Shown: positions 38,312 through 50,540 of the stretch, piece after piece
Layout of the letters: each line of letters begins with the position of its first letter
Numbering within the stretch: position 1 is the first letter of the stretch
Assembly: GCF_006345805.1 (NCBI RefSeq)
Contig: NC_043001.1
Location: 112,220,001-112,284,000 of the forward strand
Reading direction: 5' to 3'
Length of the DNA stretch: 64,000 nucleotides
From: Octopus sinensis
Lineage: Eukaryota
Program-made: the position numbers and the translations under genes
Notes under the pieces: model-generated
Database searches by the model: none
The model's input: only the letters and a program-made list of their open reading frames with translations
Told to the model about the DNA's origin: nothing

Positions 38312-38627
38312 TTTTGATAAAAATCTTCGTTCAACTCCATTCTTTTCATTTATTCGTATAAAAAAAACACACAAATTTCCACACACGAACACGGGGTTCA
38401 GCCCTTGGCATGTAACTTCAACCGTGTTTTACTGAAGTGAATTTGCTACCCAGGTATCGATTAACAGAATTATCCATACTAGAATAATTCATTCATCTAC
38501 TTAAATATATATATATATATATAGTTAATCCCCCCAAACGAAGAACAAACACAAAGAAAACAACAACAACGCGAGGACGTGGTACATGCAAAGTATTAGC
38601 AAACGCTCAGGGAAGGAAAGAAAAGTG

Positions 38628-38662
38628 GTTTTACGTTTCGATCAAAGCTCTTCTTCAGAAAC
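38628..38662 (-). ncRNA. Minimal type I hammerhead ribozyme
   Basis: Minus strand GTTT-CTGAAGA-A-GAGC-TTT-GATC-GAAA-CG-TA-AAAC: 4-bp stem I, stem II 3 of 4 pairs, extra A after A9, ACGT palindrome. Confidence 0.6.
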
Positions 38663-38820
38663 AAGAGAAAGAAGAAAGTCCAAGAGAAAAAGAAGACGGA
38701 GGAAAAAAAATTCGCCAACGATTCACATATGGTTTCGCGAAATTCTATCTCCCATCAGATTATATTAGCTTGTTCATTCGGAATACGCCATTTCTGCAAC
38801 TTGATTTTGAATCATATATA

Positions 38821-39387
38821 TACGAGGGTGAGTAAAAAAATAATGCCATTTTGTTTAGGACAGGTATAATTACCAACACAGGAACATGTATCATACATCA
38901 AAATGAAGCTGGTCCTCTGTGGATCACATCCCTACTCCTCATCAGTCACCGTTTCTCTCAATAGCAATGTTCCACCTTCGAATGAGAGTATGTATCTCTA
39001 CCCCATAAAATTCTGTTAAATGTTCTTTGTGCCAATTCACTACAGTTCTTACTTTCTCGTCACTGGAATAATGTTTGCCTCTCAAACCCTCTTTCATGGG
39101 GCCGAAGAGATGATAGTCTGAAAGCGCTAAATTATTCCAGTGACGAGGAAGTGAAAACTGTAGTGAAGAAGTAACTTAAAGAACAGTCAACAGCATTTTA
39201 CGGGGCTGGGATACATGCTCTCATTCGAAGGTGAAACATTGTTATTGCGAAAAACGGTGACTATGTTGAGAAGTAGGGATGTGATCCACAGCGGATCAGC
39301 TTCATTTTGATGTATGATATATGTTCCTGCGTTGGTAATTATCCTTGTCCTAAGCAAAATGGCATTACGTTTTGACTCACCCTCGTA
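38821..39387. mobile_element. Mariner-derived foldback MITE made of two inverted transposon 3' ends
   Basis: TA|CGAGGGTGAGT TIRs; arms about 38821-39072 and 39130-39387. The right arm translates YSSDEEVKTVVKK*LKEQSTAFYGAGIHALIRR*NIVIAKNGDYVEK*, a mariner C-terminus. Confidence 0.85.
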
Positions 39388-39697
39388 CATATGTGTGTGT
39401 GTGCTTGTGTGAGTGTGTGCGTGTGTCTGTATATTTGTGTGTCTATGTTTGTCTCCACCAACATCACTCGACAACCGATGTTGGTATGTTTACGTCCCCG
39501 AAACTTAACGGTTCGGCAAAAGAGACCGTTAGAATAAGTACTAGGCTTACAAAGAATATGATCCGGGGTTGGATTCGCTCGACTAATGGCGGTGCTCTAG
39601 CATGGCCGCAATCAAAATGGCTGAAACAAGTCAAAAGAATGAAAAAAAATAACGTAACAAGAATAACAGCAATAACAACAACTTAAAAAACACTAAG

Positions 39698-39737
<40 letters not shown>

Positions 39738-40107
39738 GCAAGTTAACAACAACAAAAATAAGAACAACAGTGGCAGCAGCAACAACGATAATAAGTAGAA
39801 CTTAGCAGCAATGAGTGTGACAAATTATGTAATAGAATTAACTTCAAATTGAAGTGATACGAATGGGTAAGGTAATCCCTTCCTACTGCTAATTTATTAA
39901 GTCAGGACCCTAAAGTCTTCGTTCATTAAATGACCTCTTCCTTATAATCTTCCTCTCCTCTGCTCTTCCTTTTCTTCTTTCTTAATGTCTTTCTTTCTTT
40001 GTTTTCTTTGTTTCTGACCTTCTTTTTCTCTCTTTCTCACTCTGTCTATCATCTATATGATACGTATGTATGTCTACATGTATCTATGTAATTATGCGCG
40101 TGTGTAT

Positions 40108-40139
<32 letters not shown>

Positions 40140-40307
40140 ATATATATATATATATATGTGTATACACACATATAAACAGACCTACAAACATACATATACA
40201 TACATACACACACACACACACACATATATGCATATATGCACTTCTGTATGTCCGTATGTATATATGTGCATACTTACATACAATACATACATTGATGCAT
40301 GCACATT

Positions 40308-40353
<46 letters not shown>

Positions 40354-40422
40354 CATACATACTTACATACATGCATAATACATACATATATATACCTATA
40401 TACGTATATATATATATTTATG

Positions 40423-40494
<72 letters not shown>

Positions 40495-40702
40495 TATATT
40501 ATGTATATATTCATATGTATATATATATATATATATAATATATATATATATAAAAGAAAAAATATATATATATAGCGAGAGAGAGAGAGAGAGCTATCTC
40601 CGTCACTCACTCTCTCTCTCTCTTTTTCTCGCTCTTTCTCACCCTGTTTCTGATTTCCTATGCTACTCTTTCTCTTTTGCTGCATTTGTGACCCTCTCCC
40701 CC

Positions 40703-40733
<31 letters not shown>

Positions 40734-41077
40734 TCTCTCTATCTCCCTCTCTCTCTTCTCTCTCTCCTTCTCTCTCTCTCTCTCTCTGTCATTCCTGTAT
40801 TCTCCGTGATTCTCTATTTTCACCCTCCCTTTTTTGTCTCACATCTTTCCTCAGTAACTCCAACTTTTACTACTGCTCCCTATCTATCATTGGTACCCTA
40901 TGCCTTTATATTAAAACTTCACTCTATCTCCACCTCCTTCCTCCATGTCTCTGACACACTTCCTCCCTTTCCATTCTACCTTGTAACTCTCAATCATCCT
41001 CTCTCTATGCCCCTCTGTCTGTCACTCCGACTCCCACTGCATCTCCTCCTCTCTCTGTTACTATATCTCTGTCTCTC

Positions 41078-41125
<48 letters not shown>

Positions 41126-41712
41126 CACTTTCCTTCTCATTCCTCTGTTCCGGTAACCGAATAATTAGCTACATATTGGAACAGATTGCTTTTCCACCGG
41201 AAAAAGGGGACCACCAAGTTCCCTGGTGTGTAGGGATTGTCTTTCTTGACTGACAACATGTCTCCTAGAGAAGGGGCTTCATTGACAGTAAGAAGGAAGT
41301 AAAAAAAAGGGCGGCCAAAGAAAAAGAAGAAGAAGAAGAACAACAACAACAACAACAAAAAGAAGATGGACAAGATGAACAAGAAGAAGATGAATAAGAT
41401 AAACAAGATGAACAAGAAGATGAACAATATGAACAAAAGAAGATGGACAAGATGAACAAGAAGAAGATGATAATGATGATGAAGAAGAAGAAGAAGAAGA
41501 AGAAGAAGAAGAAGAAGAAGAAGAAGAAGAAGAAGAACAACAACAAAAAAAAAGAAGAAGATGATAATGATGATGAAGAAGAAGAAGAAGAAGAAGAAGA
41601 AAGTGAAGAAATGTAAAGTTTTATTTCATGTTTTATTTCATGATTTCTTAACAAAAGAGACAAGGCCGGTTTCTAAGACCAAGACTCCGTCATCTGTATG
41701 TATGTATTTATG

Positions 41713-42040
41713 TGTGGTGAGAGCGCGTGGCTTAGTGGTTAGGGCATTCGGCTCATGATCGTAAGGTTGTGAGTTCGATTCCCGGCGACGCGTTGTATCC
41801 TTGAGCAAGACACTTTATTTCACGTTGCTCCAGTCCACTCAGCTGGCAAAAATGAGTTGTACTTGTATTTCAAAGGGTCAGCCTTGTCACTCTCTGTGTC
41901 ACGCTGATTATCCCCGAGAACTACGTTAAGGGTACACGTGTCTGTGGAATGCTCAGCCATTCGCACGTTAATTTCACGAGCAAGCTGTTCCGTTGATCGT
42001 ATCAGCTGGGACCCTCGTCGTCGTAACCGGCGGAGTCTTT
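41713..42040 (+). mobile_element. tRNA-derived SINE family B variant
   Basis: tRNA-like head GCGCGTGGCTTAGTGGTTAGGG...GAGTTCGATTCCCGG; 3' body shared with 33832-34215. Confidence 0.85.
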
Positions 42041-42859
42041 AATTTATGTGTGTGTGTGGGTGTATGTATGTATGTATGTATGTATGTATGTATGTGTGTA
42101 TGTATGTATTCATGTACGTATGTATGTATGTGTGTATGTATGTATTCATGTACGTATGTATGTATGTGTGTGTGTGTGTGGGTGTATGTTTGTATGTATG
42201 TATGTGTGTATGTATGTATGTATGTGTGTATGTATGTATGTATGTATGTATGTATATGTGTGTGTATGGAGGGGTTGTATGTATGAATGTGTGTGGAGGG
42301 TTGTATGTATGTATGTATGTAAGTTTGCATGTATTTGAAGGTCTTACTATAATCGTAACTATTACTATAATTTTAACTATGTATGAATATATGTTTATTT
42401 GTGCCTATATATGCATATATGTTTAACAAGGACGGTTGTCGATTTTTATTTTTTCCTTCATCTCTGGACTTTCCCTTTCTTCTTTCCGACGAGGAGCCAT
42501 ACACGAAATGCAAAAAGCTCTCTTTTCATCGAGCTTCAAACTAATATAACTATTGTGCCCATCCTCACGTTCGTTTCTTTTTCTCTTTTTTCTCTTTTCA
42601 TTTTTTTCTCTCTTCATTTTTTATTTGTTCGTGGAATTGATCCCCTTTTAAATATGGTAAAGAAGGAATGATCGTACAAGTTGCAAATCAACATTTTGGA
42701 TCGTCTGCCCTATGAATTCTATGAATTTCCTATCGAATGCATTCATTGATCCACATTGATCAGGAGCCTCACCAAAGCTTGCTTTACTCCCAGATCTCTC
42801 TTTGATGTATCATGTAAGGTGGAGATTGTCGTGGATAGACCTGTTCGGGATTGTGTACC

Positions 42860-43236
42860 TTTGCACTTTCCCGGCCAGAATATCGACGACAAACGGCAAT
42901 CATTTTACAAACACCTTGGTCAAAATCTTAGCAGCCGGTTCCGAACTTGCTTCCGGATGCTGGATCGCTGTATTTCACAGCTTCACCTGCTCGATGGTCA
43001 AAATAAACGGCTGCCTATTGGAACTGTTTGGCATCTTCTCCACTTCTGTAAGTGCTGGCTCTCAAGTTACTATTGCAGAGTGTGGAACAGTTGAGGGTCT
43101 TCCCTTTCGAACTGGGACCTCGTAGGACAGTGTCTGTGTACGCAAATGACGCCAACGTCATGCTGTCGGACGCCTCAAGAGTGGAGACGGTCGGAACGAT
43201 TCTAAAGGAAATCGAATCGGTTACAGGCATACTCTG
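42860..43236 (+). mobile_element. Decayed L1/Tx1-type reverse transcriptase fragment
   Basis: CWIAVFHSFTCSMVKINGCLLELFGI and VSVYANDANVMLSD...LKEIESVTG resemble the WI..LY...S.V.ING and YADD...YE..TG RT motifs. Confidence 0.6.
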
Positions 43237-43659
43237 ATGTACAACCCGAAGCTTCACATGACTACAGGTCATCTCGCTTCGGCTTATCGCAAATCAGTTA
43301 TCACAGAGACTCAGGGAGTGATACTCGTGTTGTACAACTGTTTAAACACTATAATCCTGTAACATACAGATGTCTCCTTATGGTGAACTTATTCGTCATA
43401 CCACCTGCTGAAAGTCTTATTGCAATAGAAAAGTGATGTGTGTGTAGACCTGACCATTTGGAAACCACAGCAATTCACATCTTTCATCCGTCAACTCTGC
43501 TCCAAACCATGCAAATCTGCAATTGGACTGAAATGTTAATTTGAGAAACCATGGATGCAAAGTCAGAAATGCTATTTCTGACAAAAAGACGGAAATCAAC
43601 TGTGACTATGGGGGTAATCACGAAACACGCGCCCACGCACACACATCTATGTAATAATA

Positions 43660-44098
43660 TACCTACCTATCTACCTACGAACCTACCAACCGACCAACCT
43701 ACCTACGTACCAACCAACCAACCTATCTACCTACCAATCTACCTACCTACCTACCTACCTACCTACCTACCTACCTACCTACCTACATACATGCATACAT
43801 ACATGCATGCATACATACATACATACATACATACATACATACATGCATGCATACATACATACATACATACATACATACATACATACATGCATACGTACGT
43901 ACGTACATACATACATACATACATACATACATACATACATACATACATACATACATGCATGCATACATACATACATGCATGCATACATACATACATACAT
44001 ACATGCATGCATACATACATACATACATACATACATACATACATACATACATACATACATACATACATACATACATACATACATGCATGCATACATAC
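43660..44098. repeat. (CTAC)n/(CATA)n microsatellite
   Basis: Tandem tetranucleotide runs. Confidence 0.95.
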
Positions 44099-44675
44099 AC
44101 GAACTCGAAGCGACAAGTCGAGTATTTGGCGAGACTTTTTTCGGAAATACGATGAATACTATTTCCAGCTTCGGAACCACTACTCGCATCCTTGTTAAAT
44201 AACTGGTTGATCTTCAGATGAATTAACTGAGGGAGCCTTTTATTCCCGATCGTAGGGACTCTCGACTGAAACTTGAATTTAGCATTCAGAGAGTTACTAC
44301 AAACAACATAATTGGACACAACATCAACAACAACAACACAATCGAGGAACAGAACGAAAACAACAGTTCAACAGGTAAACAGATTCTTTCTAGCTGTAGT
44401 TATAGAAGAAACCGTAACAATAAAACTCATTTCCCTTGGAGTTATGAATTGAATAATGATCTAATTAACTGCTACGGAAAAACCCCACTGTTGGCTATAT
44501 GAAACGATTGAAATCATATTGGGACGATATGCATCCAGATTTAAAACATTTTACTGCGCAGCAACTACGCCATCAAGCAACATTTGTAGAATATCGGAAA
44601 AAGTAACTGTAGATCTATTGAAAATTCGAAAATTAACCTTCTTCCCAACTTTATAGGCAAAAACGAAAACGTGAA

Positions 44676-45479
44676 TTATGTGAGACCACCACGTGGTTTC
44701 GCAGCAAGTGACATTCGAACAGATTCCGTAGTGCCTGCCAACCAAACTACATTAGTGGCTAAAGTAACTGACCACTGTCCCCTTACTACGACGGTGGTAA
44801 ACAGCAGGCACAACCTCAACGATTATTGTAGTAGTAATCTCTTCTACTCTAGGCATAAGGCTCGAAATTTTGGGGGAAGGGGCCAGTCGACTAGATCGAC
44901 CCCAGTACGCAACTGGTACTTAATTTATCGACCCCGAAAGGATGAAAAGCAAAGTCGACCTCGGCGGAATTTGAACTCAGAACGTAAAGATAGACGAAAT
45001 ACCTATTTCTTTACTACCCACAAGAGGCTAAACACAGAGAGGACAAACAAGGACAGACAAACGGATTAAGTCGATTATATCGACCCCAGTGCGTAACTGG
45101 TACTAGTTTAATCGACCTCGAAAGGATGAAAGGCAAAGTCGACCTCGGCGGAATTTGAACTCAGAACGTAAAATAGACGAAATACCTATTTCTTTACTAC
45201 CCACAAGGGGCTAAACACAGAGAGGACAAACGAGGACAGACAAACGGATTAAGTTGTTTATATCGACCCCAGTGGGCAACTGGTACTTATTTAATCGACC
45301 CCGAAAGGATGAAAGGTAAAGTTGACCTCGGCGGAATTTGAACTCAGAATATAAAGACAGACGAAATACCGCTAAGCAGTTCGCCCGGTGTGCTGACGGT
45401 TCGGCCAGTTCGCCGCCTTATTGTAGTAGTAAAGGTAGTCAGGATTATATACCGATGAAATGTGCTCTTACTGAAATTT
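44676..45479 (+). repeat. Left arm of inverted duplication (unique DNA plus three tandem SINE A units)
   Basis: Reverse complement of 47828-48446. The ORF track gives nearly identical peptides at 44671..45069(+) and 48053..48442(-). Confidence 0.9.
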
Positions 45480-45744
45480 GTTTATTACCCACAAGGGGCT
45501 AAACACAGAGAGGACAAACAAGGACAGACAAACGGATTAAGTCGATTATATCGACCCCAGTGCGTAACTGGTACTTAATTTACCGACCCCGAAAGGATGA
45601 AAGTCAAATTCGACCTCGGCGGAATTTGAACTCAGAAAGTAACGGCATGCGAAATACGGCTGCGCATTTTCCCCGGCGTGCTAACGTTTCTGCCAGGTCG
45701 CGGCCTTCTATAACAGCAACAACAACAATAGTAATAATAATAAA

Positions 45745-46294
45745 TCTCCTGATGCAGTACCAGGCATTGGGTCTCATGGTTTCTGATCTTAACTGATTGG
45801 AAGTGTTATCATGTACATGTTTTGTCTTGGTATAAAAGATGGGCTACAGCAAATATTCTTCAAAATCAAATATTTGCTTGTCAGTTGTTTGACCTTATCC
45901 AGTTGAGCATGTTCCTTGGTGGCTGACGATACGTGCATCACTCATAACGAGTAGTAGTGGAGGAGCATCATGGCCATGTGTTGAGAGGAATTCTTTGGGG
46001 TTTGGATAGTTCACCTTTGGAAACATGTATTTTGTTCATCATCTTTAAACAATCTTTATCCAAGGACCTTTGAGCGGGATAGGCTACTCGACATGAATAA
46101 AATTCTAACTGGGCCCCACCTGTAAGGTCATTCGCTGTTTATCTTGATATGAGATCACCATGTCGCGCACATATGGTTATGATGCATGTGCATGGTGTAA
46201 CTTTATCAGACGGGTAGTCATGATGGGTATACTGGGCTTTGTATATTTTATTCGAGTATCACTATGATGGCATGCACTGCTCTCTCACTCACTC
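45745..46294 (+). mobile_element. Non-coding (TAA)-tailed element, longest copy (about 550 bp)
   Basis: Flanked by TAA repeats on both sides; ends CTGCTCTCTCACTC(ACTC)-(AAT)n; no ORF recognised. Confidence 0.75.
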
Positions 46295-46349
<55 letters not shown>

Positions 46350-46374
46350 GCAACACCAATAATAATAATAGTAT

Positions 46375-47195
46375 TAAACAAAAGTAAAGCACAATGACAT
46401 GAAGGAAAAGCAACAAGAGGGTACCTGCGGCGAGTGAGAAAAGTATTGGCTTCAAAGCTGAATGCCAGAAAATGATAAGTGTGGAAGACTGCGTGCATAT
46501 CGAACTCGAAAGCTTAGTGAGATACCTAGTCCAACGTAAGGAAACCTTGCTAGAAACATTAGTAACGAGGGAATATTGAAAGCAGAGAGAAAATAAAGGA
46601 AAAACGATGGAAAAACAAGGACGCGAAGAATTACGCAATAAGGGACTACGCAATCAATTCCATGTACCCACAACAGAAGTTGTGGAAAAAAAGCAGGAGG
46701 GATTGGATGAAGAATGGAATACTAAAAAAAAAGGAACCGAGAGCAGTATACTGGTAGCGCAAGACCAAGCTTTGGCAACGAACTGGAGTGTCGGCTTTTG
46801 GAATGAGCAAGTATCTCTGCTGTGCGGCATCTGTAATAGAGTGGATGAAACCATTGTCCATATCACCACCGAATGCTCTAGACTTGCCCGAAACCACTAC
46901 AAGTTGTGGTGACATGATCAGGTAGTGAAAGTGTGGAAAGTGGGGGCTACAGAGAGAAAAGATGTGATATGAGTACAAACCTCAGGGAGTAGTGGAGTCG
47001 GAGACTAGCAAAATCTTCTGGGATTTCCCAATCCAAACAGAGTAGAGGGGAGAGTATAACAGACCAGACTAGTGGTGGGCGACAAGATGCACCACATGTG
47101 CTGTATAGCTGATGTTGCATGCATCTTTGACCCACGAATAGTCAAGAAGTAAGGCGAAAAGATAGATAAATACAACCCTCTTAAGTACGAACTTG
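46375..47195 (+). mobile_element. R4/Dong-clade LINE fragment including the restriction-like endonuclease
   Basis: RRVRKVLASKLNAR; TESSILVAQDQALAT; knuckle CGICNRVDETIVHITTEC; KIFWDFPIQT, NRPD-LVV-DK, IADVA and EKIDKY..LKYEL, with stops and frameshifts. Starts directly after (TAA)n. Confidence 0.8.
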
Positions 47196-47239
47196 GGTTT
47201 ATCTCGCAACTCAAATTTATCGAAACTCTTTCGTTGCGC

Positions 47240-47270
47240 CTGAAGATTGCAGTGGTGTGAAACTAGAGTC
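47240..47270 (+). ncRNA. Degenerate hammerhead (core intact, stems decayed)
   Basis: CTGAAGA 47240-46, GAAAC-TAGA-GTC 47259-70; stems I and II pair weakly. Confidence 0.35.
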
Positions 47271-47438
47271 CCGAGACAAACTTTCAGCTTTAATTTTAAT
47301 AAAAAGAAATCGCAGTGTGTGTGTGTACTAACATATACACACACGCTTACACACACGCTTACACACACACATATGCTTAAATACATACGTAAATATATAA
47401 ATACATAAAAATAAGAACATAGATAACGGTTAAATAAC

Positions 47439-47518
47439 TACAGCTGTTTCCAACGAATTTTTTAATTGATGAATAGAGATATTGCATCATGTGAAAAAAA
47501 TGTTTCATCTGGTGAATA
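47439..47518 (-). ncRNA. Degenerate hammerhead, family of 6919-7001
   Basis: Minus strand CAGATGA (U4A change) ... GAAAC-AGCT-GTA. ATATTCACC(A/T)GATGAAA recurs inverted near 47610-47628. Confidence 0.35.
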
Positions 47519-47827
47519 TATACTAATTATACATTCAAAACATTCCAAAAGCCACCAGTTTGTGACACTTTACAATCCCCTGACTATTAATAGTCAAAAG
47601 AATCTTTTGAATATTCACCTGATGAAAGCCAGTGCATATAGGTAGCCAGAGTATATAGGTAGGCGTTAATCTGCTAGATTGTTGGTTCATCACACTGCTG
47701 TAAATACTGATCACCAATTTCGTTAACATCTTGCAATACCGTACCTGGTGCTTTTGTTTACTTACTTTGATAGAGAAAATTCTCTCCTCGAGGGAGTACT
47801 TCAAGGCCAAAGTTACTTTTTCTCGGG

Positions 47828-48446
47828 AAATTTCAGTAAGGGCACATTTCATCGGTATATAATCCTGACTACCTTTACTACTACAATAAGGCGGCGAACT
47901 GGCCGAACCGTCAGCACACCGGGCGAAATGCTTAGCGGTATTTCGTGTCTTTATATTCTGAGTTCAAATTCCACCGAGGTCAACTTTGCCTTTCATCCTT
48001 TCGGGGTCGATTAAATAAGTACCAGTTGCCCACTGGGGTCGATATAATCAACTTAATCCGTTTGTCTGTCCTTGTTTGTCCTCTCTGTGTTTAGCCCCCT
48101 ATTGGTAGTAAAGAAATAGGTATTTCGTCTATCTTTACGTTCTGAGTTCAAATTCCGCCGAGGTCGACTTTGCCTTTCATCCTTTCGGGGTCGATAAATT
48201 AAGTACCAGTTGCGTACTGGGATCGATCTAGTCGACTGGCCCCTTCTCCCAAAATTTCGAGCCTTGTGCCTAGAGTAGAAGAGATTACTACTACAATAAT
48301 CGTTGAGGTTGTGCCTGCTATTTACCACCGTCGTAGTAAGGGGACAGTGGTCAGTTACTTTAGCCACTAATGTAGTTTGGTTGGCAGGCACTACGGAATC
48401 TGTTCGAATGTCACTTGCTGCGAAACCACGTGGTGGTCTCACATAA
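47828..48446 (-). repeat. Right arm of inverted duplication (two tandem SINE A units)
   Basis: Matches 44676-45479 minus one SINE unit. Confidence 0.9.
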
Positions 48447-48499
48447 CCGACTGGCTTTCATCACCAAAAGTTTCGGGCCGTGTACCTATAGTAGAAAGA

Positions 48500-48559
<60 letters not shown>

Positions 48560-48895
48560 GAGTGAGAGAGCAGTTCATGCCATCAAAGTGACACTGGGGT
48601 AAAATATACGAAGCCCAATATACCCATCATGACTACCCGTCTGATAAGGGTACACCAGGCACATGCATCAGAACCATATGTGCGTGACATGGTGATCTCA
48701 TATCAAGATAAACAGCGCATGACCTTGTAGGTGGGGCCCAGTTAGAATTTTCTTCAGGTTGAGTAGCCCATCCCACTCAAAAGGTCCCTGAATAAGGGTT
48801 GTTTAAAGATGTTGAAAGAACCACCCATGTTTCCAAAGGTGAATTATTCAAACCCCAAAAATCCCTCTCAACACATGGCTATGATGCTCCCCCAG
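48560..48895 (-). mobile_element. Non-coding (TAA)-tailed element, 5'-truncated copy
   Basis: Reverse complement of the 3' part of 45745-46294; (TTA)n on both sides. Confidence 0.8.
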
Positions 48896-48931
<36 letters not shown>

Positions 48932-49190
48932 GTTACACTACCGAGCGCTGCTCTGTGTGTCTTGGATATGTGCTGTGGTCTGTTGTGGTGCTCATATATT
49001 CACTGTATTGAAAGTGTATTACGTATGATGTGTGCCCTGCCTAGTAGTGCTATTTTCTGCATGCTATATATACTTGTAAGTCCGGCTGTTTTTGCTATGC
49101 ATTTGTCTGAATGTGCCTGTTCTGATAGAAATCGTTTCTGTATTTAGGTTCCACATTCGAGTTACCTCTATTTTCAGATCTTTTATTATT
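48932..49190 (-). mobile_element. 3' end of an R4/Dong-type LINE with short UTR and (TAA)n tail
   Basis: Minus strand KDLKIEVTRMWNLNTET...MQKIALLGRAHIIRNTLSIQ-stop, then about 70 nt of UTR and (AAT)n. Confidence 0.75.
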
Positions 49191-49309
49191 ATTATCATCA
49201 TCATTATCATCATCATCATCATCATCATCATTATTATACGCCTACTATGATAGGAATTGTTTCTGTTTTTAAGTTCCACATTCGAGTTCTATTTCCAAAT
49301 CTTCTTCTT

Positions 49310-49366
<57 letters not shown>

Positions 49367-49429
49367 TTAATACTATCATTATTATTTTAATATCATTAAT
49401 TCATTGCTATTATTATTATTATTATTATT

Positions 49430-49492
<63 letters not shown>

Positions 49493-49494
49493 TT

Positions 49495-49525
<31 letters not shown>

Positions 49526-49538
49526 TTATTATTTTTTT

Positions 49539-49594
<56 letters not shown>

Positions 49595-49736
49595 TCATCA
49601 TCATCATCATCATCACACCCACCACAACTCTGATTTACTGCATCAAGAACTTCCGTTGTTTTAATTTGCTTGGTCTTGTTGAACTCCTCCAACTTCATCA
49701 GCGTTCTTTCTGCTGCAGCTGCTGCTGCCCCTACTG

Positions 49737-49825
<89 letters not shown>

Positions 49826-50086
49826 TGGCAAACCTTGTTATTACTTTCGTTACTAGCAGTCATTATCAGTTCGACCGCTTCTGTGATTACCACCAACACC
49901 ACCGCCGCCACCACCAGCACAAATTCCCTCTCAGCCTCCTCCCTCTACCGCAACCACGGCAATTTTCGCAGTGAGAAACGAACGTCACTATCAGCGTTGC
50001 GCCTATCTCCTTTTCCGCCATCATTATAACACTCTGATCAACGCCACCACCATAATTACCTCCAATATCCTCCTCCTCCTCCTTAT

Positions 50087-50148
50087 AATCATCATCATCA
50101 TCATCATCACCATCATCATCACCATCATCCTCATCATCATCATCGTCG

Positions 50149-50190
<42 letters not shown>

Positions 50191-50211
50191 CCATCATCGC
50201 CATCATCGTCG

Positions 50212-50247
<36 letters not shown>

Positions 50248-50302
50248 CCATCATCATCGTCATCATCATCACCATCATCACCATCATCACCATCATCATC
50301 AC

Positions 50303-50337
<35 letters not shown>

Positions 50338-50365
50338 CATCATCATCGTCATCATCATCATCGTC

Positions 50366-50396
<31 letters not shown>

Positions 50397-50540
50397 TCAT
50401 CATCATCAGTGTCATCATCATCTTCATCAGCGTGGTTATCAAGATCAACATCATCATCATCATCGCCGTTATCGTCATCATCATTATTATCATCATCATC
50501 ATTATTATTATCGTCATCATCAGCATCATTCGCATCCTCA
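50087..50540. repeat. (CAT)n compound microsatellite
   Basis: Tandem CAT/CAC/CGT run. Confidence 0.95.

Noticed and set aside
43440-44270. Two minus-strand acceptor-plus-open-frame segments (SNCRFAWFG..., SRVPTIGNK...)
   Set aside because: Weak donors, no recognisable homology, and competing plus-strand frames are equally plausible.
44850-45420. Tandem units resembling a CRISPR-like array
   Set aside because: Units are about 185-bp SINE copies with no unique spacers; eukaryotic context and no cas genes.
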